DNA from: Myxococcales bacterium
GTDB lineage: Bacteria > Myxococcota_A > UBA9042
Assembly (NCBI GenBank): GCA_023954815.1
Contig: JAGSHB010000005.1
Coordinates: forward strand, 11,727-75,726
Direction of reading: 5' to 3'
DNA: 64,000 nucleotides
Position numbers and translations under genes: made by a program. Below the pieces are notes generated by a model. That model saw nothing but the letters and a program-made list of their open reading frames with translations. It was not told where the DNA came from and did no database searches. Below, one piece after another: positions 37,596-45,300 of the stretch (the first letter of the stretch is position 1; the number at the start of each line of letters is the position of its first letter).

Positions 37596-38281
37596 GCTGA
37601 GCCCTCCGCGCCGCCTTCGGCATCACTGGCGTGCGTCTGGGCATCTTCCGTCTCGGCTGGGCTGCCCGACCGCCGGGGGGATGAACGTCGCGCTTGCGTG
37701 CCCGAAACACCCTGCGGCACGTCCGGTTCGGCGTTCGCGACCTGCACGGCCGGAATCGGCATCGAAGGAGTCGGAGACTTCGGCGTCGCGACCTGTGGCG
37801 ACGGGGTGTCGTCAAGGCGAACGCCCGGCAAGTCCATTTCGAAGGGAAGCTCCGACTCGCTCTCCCACGCGTTGGCTTCATTGGCGAGCAGCTGCGCGAA
37901 GTCTTGAGGTGGTGGGCTCTCGGTCGATGCAGTCCCGCCAGCTGTCGAATCCACAACCAGCGACTCCGCGGAGGCTGGAACTGCGGCTGTCGCGTTGGGC
38001 TCAGGAGCGGTCGGTGCGGCCGCGGCTGTTGCCTCGGGCTGTGGCTTTTCACTTGATTTTGCAGCCTGTTCACGCTGCCACGCCTCGTCTTCGAGGTCGG
38101 CCTCACGAATGAGATCGTCGACGGTCTCTTTGAGTTCGGCCTGCGCCAAGTTGGCCGCACGCCGAAGGTCACGCAACCCAGCGCCAACGGTGCGCGCAAC
38201 CTTGGGAAGCTTTTCTGGGCCGACAAAGATCAGGGCCACCACAAGGATAACCGCTAGCTCGGGCCCGCCGATGCCAAACAT
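37592..38281 (-). CDS. tatB: TatA/TatB-family Sec-independent translocase protein with long acidic/Pro-rich tail
   Basis: MFGIGGPELAVILVVALIFVGPEKLPKVARTVGAGLRDL is the TatA/B TM plus amphipathic helix. The stop overlaps the tatC start. Confidence 0.7.
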   Translation of the reverse strand: MFGIGGPELAVILVVALIFVGPEKLPKVARTVGAGLRDLRRAANLAQAELKETVDDLIREADLEDEAWQREQAAKSSEKPQPEATAAAAPTAPEPNATAAVPASAESLVVDSTAGGTASTESPPPQDFAQLLANEANAWESESELPFEMDLPGVRLDDTPSPQVATPKSPTPSMPIPAVQVANAEPDVPQGVSGTQARRSSPRRSGSPAETEDAQTHASDAEGGAEGSA

Positions 38282-38296
38282 GGCTGTCCTCCGGGG

Positions 38297-39331
38297 TTAC
38301 TTCGCGCTCGTGCCGAAGACGATCGCCTTGCCGCGATTCATAAGTGCACGCCGGGCAACGATCCAGACGGCGCGCGCCCCAGTGTTGAGGCGGTCCGCAT
38401 CATCTGCGAGTTCAGGTAGTCGGTCGGCGAGGTTCAAGGCGAGGGTGTTCACCTTGGGATGGCTACCCGCACTCCAGGTTAGGGCTGAAGCGCGCGCGGT
38501 CGACCCAATATTGATCTTTTCAAGGTGCAATCTGGAAGAAAGCGCCGCCAACTGCACCCTGAGGTCTTGGTTGGCAGTCGTATTATTCGACCACAAATCT
38601 CCGCGCGAGACCGCATCGAGGCCGGTATCATCAAGCCAGATTGCGGCTGCGCTCGACCTCGACAGTCGGGATAGCTGTCGGTTCACAGTGGCGATCGCCG
38701 TGCGCTGCCATGCCGACTGTTCGGGGCCGATGGGGGCCGATGAGACGTCCTCAGGGAGCTCACTCACATCACCACTGACGTGCAGCCGCGCGAGCAAAAG
38801 ACCATCGACCTTCAGCTCACGTTTGATCTTCTGCACGACCCACTCCGGCGCATCGTACGCGTGGAGTTGATCGGTCATGATCACGGCGTCAAACGACGAG
38901 GCAGCAAAAGTTGCCTCGCCATAGGACTTGCTTACCAACTGCAATCGGCTGGCGACATCAGGGGATAGCGATGCGCTGATCTGCCGCGCCTCCGCTGGGC
39001 CGAGGTCTGTCAACGTGACCCAGCATCCAGCCGCGGCTCGCTCAAGGGCCAACTCTGTCGCAACAATCCCGCAAAACAACAGCCGTGACGCGTCGAGTGC
39101 GCGAATGGCCGCTATCCAACTGGGGCTGATCAGGTCACGCCGAAGCTCCGCCGTTGCCCATGGCGGCGGCGATACAGAACGATCAAGGTGAATCCCCTCG
39201 ATCTCACGGCGAAGTCTGACCATAGCCTCTCTCGGCGGGCCGCAGAAAGCGGTTCTAGCAGACTGCGCTTCTTCTCCTTTCTTGACGGGAGGCTCGTGTC
39301 GGAACGCAGTCTGCTGGGATGGGGAAGCCAC
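38297..39331 (-). CDS. Hypothetical protein, possibly class I SAM-dependent methyltransferase-like
   Basis: Weak Rossmann-like segment LLFCGIVATELALERAAAGCWVTLTDLG...FDAVIMTD. The start is uncertain. Confidence 0.4.
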   Translation of the reverse strand: MASPSQQTAFRHEPPVKKGEEAQSARTAFCGPPREAMVRLRREIEGIHLDRSVSPPPWATAELRRDLISPSWIAAIRALDASRLLFCGIVATELALERAAAGCWVTLTDLGPAEARQISASLSPDVASRLQLVSKSYGEATFAASSFDAVIMTDQLHAYDAPEWVVQKIKRELKVDGLLLARLHVSGDVSELPEDVSSAPIGPEQSAWQRTAIATVNRQLSRLSRSSAAAIWLDDTGLDAVSRGDLWSNNTTANQDLRVQLAALSSRLHLEKINIGSTARASALTWSAGSHPKVNTLALNLADRLPELADDADRLNTGARAVWIVARRALMNRGKAIVFGTSAK

Positions 39332-39423
39332 GGCGTACCGCAGCTGGGGGCGCTCTTAGCCCCTCAGTAGAAAATAAATCTAGCAGCGGGCTGCGATAGT
39401 AATGTCAATTACACCGCACGCTG

Positions 39424-39546
39424 TTAGCCCATCTTCGCCTGTTTTGCGGCTGCCTTGGCCTCTTCGATCTGGCGCTTCTTGCGAGCGATCATCTTACGAC
39501 GGCTCTCTTTCTGACGCATTTTTGGAGACTTGCTTCCCTGACCCAT
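39424..39546 (-). CDS. Small basic protein (40 aa), MGQGSKSPKMRQKESRRKMIARKKRQIEEAKAAAKQAKMG
   Basis: ATG is preceded by GAGGA at 6 nt. There is a clean stop. The peptide is strongly basic and helical. It falls below the 60-aa ORF-track cutoff. It sits between two minus-strand genes. Confidence 0.35.
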   Translation of the reverse strand: MGQGSKSPKMRQKESRRKMIARKKRQIEEAKAAAKQAKMG

Positions 39547-39641
39547 GGTGATTCCTCTCAATAAGTGAAGTGATTTGGCGCGATGCAGTTGGCGCGTTCG
39601 CGCGTCCCAATTTGGTCCGCAGGACCTCGGGGCGCGGCAGG

Positions 39642-42269
39642 TTAGACTGGCAAGTGATCAATCGTCAACGAGATCTCGTTGCGATCGCCGACTCTCGCAT
39701 GCGCGACGGCATGTTTTCCGCTGTGCGTACGACATAGCGCAGCCGCCCCTTGATCGGTTGCATTGATGGCGAGGATGCGCGCGACGCCTTCGAGCACCAC
39801 GGGTGGGTCAGCGCGCAGCTTCTCCGCATTGACGCCGAGCAACATCGCGTCCTCGCCGCCATGGTCTTGTCGTGGCAGCGCCGCAAACCACAGACGCCCG
39901 GCGGTCGGGTCGAGCGTCCAGGCGTGATCGACGACGATCCGCTCCATCGGCGCGAAGCGCTTGCGCAGATCTGATGACGCAAAAACGATCCGATCGCCGC
40001 GTAACACAAACAGTGACGGATTGCGGTGAACCTGTGAGACATCGAACATGTCGAAGGTGTCATACGACGCGAAAATGCGTTCTTTCTCTGGCCACGCGAT
40101 AGCGCGACGAATCGCTGCGATGGGCTCTTCGACTTCGTCTTGGCTCCAGGTCTTTTCTGGATGGGCCGACTCTCCGAACCTGCCCAATGCCCAGCCGCGC
40201 TTCATGCGGACCTCAGGCGTAGTGGTGGCGATCAGGGTCTCCGGCGCGCCACGAATGCCCGTGACACCAGCGAGGGAAGGCTTGACGCGATCGTGCGCTA
40301 CCGCGTCCAGGGTGTCCGCGTCGATTCGCACGAGCACCGGGGCGCCGCCCTTGCCTTGCACAACCAGCGCCAGCGTGTCGCCATCGGGCTCTAACGCCCA
40401 ACTCACGACGTGGGTCGCGCCGCGGGTCAGCTCTGCCAATGGTCGAGCGTTTGTCACCTCGGGCGGCTGGCCTTCGTGCTGTTCAATGGTAATGAGGCGA
40501 CCCTTGCTCGTGCCGATGAGCCGCGCTGTGCCATCTCTGGCTCCCAACTGTGGCGCAGGCGTCTGATCGAGCGGGAAGCCTTCCGGCAGTTGAAACGGCG
40601 CCAGGCCGCGCGACGCGAGATTGACGGAGAGCCACAGTCGATTTTGCACCAGGAGCAGGCGGCCACCGGCCACCGTGCACGCGATCGCCGTCTTGTCTAC
40701 GCTGAGATTGAAGGGGGGCACGGGCGTGGCTCTCAGCTCCTTGAGGCAGCGCTCGTCCACCGCTTCACGGTATTGATCGGAGATGCGCTCTCCGGCCTCA
40801 TCGACGCATTCCAACGTCGCCAGCGCGCGCCGAGCGGTAAAGAGCTCGCCGGCCTGTAGCGCATCGGTGATCTGCATCTTCAGGCGGCTGCGTTGTTGAA
40901 TCCGTAGCTTGACCTCTTGGAGTTCCTTGCGCAGGTTCTTCAACAGGGCACCATCAGCTCCTGGGTCCTTGCCGCGTGCATCGAGAAGGCGCCCAGCAGC
41001 CTGTAGATCGTCGCTCTGGAGGTGCTTTCGAACCGCCGTTTCACAGGCAGCATCAGCCTGCTGAGCCGCGGCACGATCAGCTTTGGCGATCAGGTTTGCA
41101 GCAGCTTGTGCCGTCTCCGTGGCTTTCCATGGACCGTGCAGTGCTCCGAGTCCGGCCCGCAGCGCTGCGACATCGCCAGAGGTCAGCGCGGCGCGGAGGC
41201 CGACGACCGTCATCAGGCTGTCGGCCCGAATGATATCCACCGGCAGGACGGCGAACGCCTCTCCAATGAGTGCCCATTGACCGCTGAGTACTGGCGGAAC
41301 AACGGTATCTTCACCGTGTTGAGCCCTGACTTCGATGAGAATCCGTAGACGCTCTAGGCCGTCTGCATGGGCCGCCTTCCCGAGCGCACCCTCCAAATCT
41401 CGGGCCGCAGCTTGGCGCATCAGCGCAGCGAGCGTGGACTTGTCTCCCTCACTGTCCGGATTGAGGGCGCAGAGGGACTGTGCTGCGACGACCGCGCTTT
41501 CGATGTCCTCTGTATCCAAACACTGTTCAATTTGGGCACGCAGCTGCTCTGAAGACCGCCTCAGTTCAGCCGAAGCGACGTGGGCTTCCGCCGCCTTGAA
41601 GCGGGCATGTTCGCTCCACTGCGCCCTGGTGAGTTCCAGGGCAGCTCTGGCTCCCTCGGCGTCATACTCGTCGAGCGCCAACTGGACGCGCGCCAACGCC
41701 ACTTCACAGGCCGCGTCTTCTTCTAATCGCAGCTGTGCGAGCAAGTCGACAGCGCGCGAAAATGCCGGAAGCCTGGGCTCATAGCGCTCTAGCAACTGGC
41801 GCGCGGCATCCTGCTGACCCGCAACGAGCAACTTCTCGGACACCCGCCCGACGCTGGCAGGTTCGCCGTGATCGTGGGCCATGGCCTCGTCGAGCTTTGC
41901 GGCTCGTTGGTGACCGCTCTCGAGGGCAGCACTGAGCACCAGGCGCGGCAGGATCAGACCATCCCGCAGGTCGGCTCCGTCGAGCGGCTTGAACTCCGCG
42001 TCGTCGAGCCAGGCAGCCACCTCTGGAAATTGGCCATAGCGCTCAACCAAGAAACTCGCATATTGCGTCAGCCAGTCACGACCGTCGCTCGCGCTCGAAC
42101 GTCGCACCGCCTCGCGGTAGTGCTGCTGAGCCGCCTCATAGTCGAATTGTTCCTCAAGAGACTCGCCGAGCTGCCAGAGCTGCTCCGACGAGGCGCCGTC
42201 CTGGCCGAGGGGCTGACCGGCGGCCATCGCCGGCCGATAGAAGCCGCGACGGCGCTTGCTGCGTGCCAT
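39642..42269 (-). CDS. Large hypothetical cytoplasmic protein (alpha-helical/TPR-like N-half, beta-rich C-half)
   Basis: 875-aa ORF with protein-like composition, 70 bp downstream of the giant exported protein on the same strand. No catalytic motif recognised. Confidence 0.55.
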   Translation of the reverse strand: MARSKRRRGFYRPAMAAGQPLGQDGASSEQLWQLGESLEEQFDYEAAQQHYREAVRRSSASDGRDWLTQYASFLVERYGQFPEVAAWLDDAEFKPLDGADLRDGLILPRLVLSAALESGHQRAAKLDEAMAHDHGEPASVGRVSEKLLVAGQQDAARQLLERYEPRLPAFSRAVDLLAQLRLEEDAACEVALARVQLALDEYDAEGARAALELTRAQWSEHARFKAAEAHVASAELRRSSEQLRAQIEQCLDTEDIESAVVAAQSLCALNPDSEGDKSTLAALMRQAAARDLEGALGKAAHADGLERLRILIEVRAQHGEDTVVPPVLSGQWALIGEAFAVLPVDIIRADSLMTVVGLRAALTSGDVAALRAGLGALHGPWKATETAQAAANLIAKADRAAAQQADAACETAVRKHLQSDDLQAAGRLLDARGKDPGADGALLKNLRKELQEVKLRIQQRSRLKMQITDALQAGELFTARRALATLECVDEAGERISDQYREAVDERCLKELRATPVPPFNLSVDKTAIACTVAGGRLLLVQNRLWLSVNLASRGLAPFQLPEGFPLDQTPAPQLGARDGTARLIGTSKGRLITIEQHEGQPPEVTNARPLAELTRGATHVVSWALEPDGDTLALVVQGKGGAPVLVRIDADTLDAVAHDRVKPSLAGVTGIRGAPETLIATTTPEVRMKRGWALGRFGESAHPEKTWSQDEVEEPIAAIRRAIAWPEKERIFASYDTFDMFDVSQVHRNPSLFVLRGDRIVFASSDLRKRFAPMERIVVDHAWTLDPTAGRLWFAALPRQDHGGEDAMLLGVNAEKLRADPPVVLEGVARILAINATDQGAAALCRTHSGKHAVAHARVGDRNEISLTIDHLPV

Positions 42270-42338
42270 GAATCCTCCAGTCGAGCCGCGAATTCACGTG
42301 CGGCAGGACCGTAGATGGGGGGGGCTCAGCCCATCGTC

Positions 42339-45300
42339 CTACTTGCAAACACCGCTGGTGCAGGTCAGTCCGGTACCACAGGAGGTCCCGTCCTTCACAG
42401 GAGTGTGACCACAACCCGTTTTGGCGCTGCAAGCATCCGTCGTACACGGGTTGAAGTCGTCGCAGTTGGCCTTGGGCGGTGAGACAAGGGTCTCGTACCA
42501 CTGGGATGCCGTCGGGTTGTCCGCGAGGAGCGTTCCGAATGTGCGAATTTGACCGAGACTGGTCAGGACGCTGTTCATCACATCGTTGCCGGCGCCGCCC
42601 CACGTCCACAGCTTCTTCACCTTCTTATCGGTGCCGATGGACCAGATCGCAGCGTCCAGGCCGCCCTTCGCCGCGGTGGCGCCGGTGGTACCTGCGATTG
42701 TCAGGCTTTTGTCGCCCCCAGCGACCACATCGGTAAACCACGCCGTCGTCGCGCCTTTGTAGCCCGCGTCCTGCGGCGTTGTTCCCGGGAAGGCCGCGGC
42801 GCCAGTGATATTCGGTGCTGCTTTGGCGGTCGCTCCGGTCAACCAGGCCGCCCAGCCCTGTAGCGACTTTGCGCCTTCATCGCTGGAGCCCACGCAGACC
42901 AAGTCGCCGCCGCCAGTCGAGGTGACCGCATAGAACTTGGCGCCGCCCTTGGCACCCGCGTACGTCTTGCTCCAGACGAGCTTGCCAGCAGCGTCGATGT
43001 ACGCCAGTAGACCGGCGGTGCCGCTCGCAGTCGCGTCGATACCCACGGCATACCAGCCACCGATGGGCGCCGCGATGACATCCATGAATCTGTCGTCGAG
43101 GGTGCCGCCGAGCAACACTTCCCATTGGATCTTGCCGGCTCCGTCAATCTGGGCAGCCCAGGCCTCTGTGGCCGTGCTCTTGTTGGTGGTCGACTTGAAG
43201 CCGACTGCCACCACGTTGCCCTTGCCTGCGTCGACCACGGCATGGAAGCCGTGGTTTCCGGCCCATGTCTTGGAGCCGAGCACCTTGCCAGTGGCGCCAT
43301 CGAGGCGAACCATCCAGGCCGCGTCGGCCACGGCAGATTGCGGCAGGGTCAGTGTGGCGGAGGTCGGCAAATTGGCCGCCGCGTCGTCCTTGCGCAGCCA
43401 ACCGACCGAGATGATCGCGCCAGTGGCTGTCTGAGATGCCGCCGAGGCGAGGTGGGCAGCGTTGTAGCCAGCAGCCGACAGATCCTTGCCCCAAATGGCT
43501 GTGCCGCGATCGTACAACTCGGCGCGCGCTGTCACGGCACCCTTACCATCGGCTGCTGATCCCACGAACAGCTGCTTGCCCGCCGCATGGATCAATTGGC
43601 CCGCACGACCGCCGCTGAGCCAGGCGTCCTTCTTGACGCTCTGCGCCGTCGGAGCCGTGCAGACACCCTTGTCGCTGCAACTCTCACCGAGTGTGCATAG
43701 ATCAGCATCGCCACACTCGGTACCCGCCTTGACGGGAGTATGCGTACAGCCCTTCTTGGCCACGCACATATCGACGGTGCAGCTGTTGCCGTTGTTGCAG
43801 GTCTTGTCATCGCCCACGGTGCACCCGAGCAGTTTACAGTTGCCACCCTCACCGCAGAACGCGCCCGCTCCCGCGCAGTGCAAGTCGGCTGTACAATCGA
43901 CGCACGCACCGCCGGTCTTCTTGCAGAACGACAGGCTGTACACGTTGCTCGCACCGGCGAAGCCATTGATACGAACAAAGTACTTGGTGGTCTTGGGGGC
44001 TGTGAAGACGATCTGCTCCGGATCGCCCTTTGTCGCCGATGTGGCGACGGCCTTGCCGAATTTGCCGACCTCATACAGGCGCATGTCCAAGTCGCCGTTT
44101 TTGTGCGTGAACTTTGCGGTGAGCGTGATGGTCTCACCCTTCTTCGCTTCAAACCCGTACCAATCGAACTCGTAGGGGCACAGGCTCAGGTCGGCCATGG
44201 TCCCGGTGAAGAGCGGCTTGGCGATGGTCGGTGTACCATTGGGCTCCTGCGCATCGGCCAAGCACAGTTTGATGACGTTGACGGCCTCTAGCGCCGTGTT
44301 GTTGAGCTCCTGGCTCTCTTTGACCTCGTTCTTGTTATCGACCTTGACGATGACGTATGCCGGTCCGGGTTTGGCCGACACTGGGATGGCTACCTTGTCG
44401 TCTACATCCCTGTTTGTTTTACCTTTCAGCCCGCCTTTTAGGGGTTTTTGCAGCATGAGCGTGTCTTTGGCGTCGAATTTTGCGTCCGTGCTGAAGTAGT
44501 AGCCGTAGTGGAATTCGGCGGCGTCGTCTTTGCACTCGTTGCTGACGTTCATCGTGAGATAGGCGTCTTCGCCCTGGATGACCTGACCGGGAAATAGGCT
44601 CTTGATGGTCGGCAAGAGATCCACGCCTTTACCGCCATCAACCTTGAGCTCGTAGGCGAAGCTGCCCGTGGGTTTCTTGCCCGGTGATTTGTACACGGCC
44701 TGCATGTAGTACTTTCCTGCACTTGGCGCCTTAAAGTCGATGGTGCCCTTGTCGTTGATCTTCTGAATCGGCGGTAACTTGGGGTTGCTGTACAAGTTGA
44801 AGAGGAAGCCAGCCCCCTCATGTGTGAACTTGATTTTGACCTGCTCGTCTTTGGCGAGGTCGAGGTAGAACCAGTCTTCATCACCTAGACAAAGCGTCAT
44901 GTTGGCGAGACCGCAGCCCAGCTCCTGGGCCGTCTGGTGACTGTTGTTGCTCTCGTACACATCCGCGAGGCAGACGTCCGACGGATCGGGCTCGCTCACC
45001 GTCACCTCCAAGCCATAATCGTAGGGCTGTGGCGGCTTGCTGCCGATCGGCAAGACGTAGGTGTGGATGTAGTAGGTGCCGCCGACCTGCAGATAGGGCA
45101 GGGACGCCTCGGTCTTGAGCGGATTGGCCGAACCCGCCAGCACACCAGTACCGCTAGCGTCGACGATCTGGATACCGATGATTCCGGCGTCCTTTTTCTG
45201 ACTCCAATTGACCTTCGCCTTGAAGGCCTTGCCCACGGGCAGCTTGACGGCGAACCAGTCCTCCAGACCCGGGCAGACGTTGAGCTTGTCGTACTTCTTC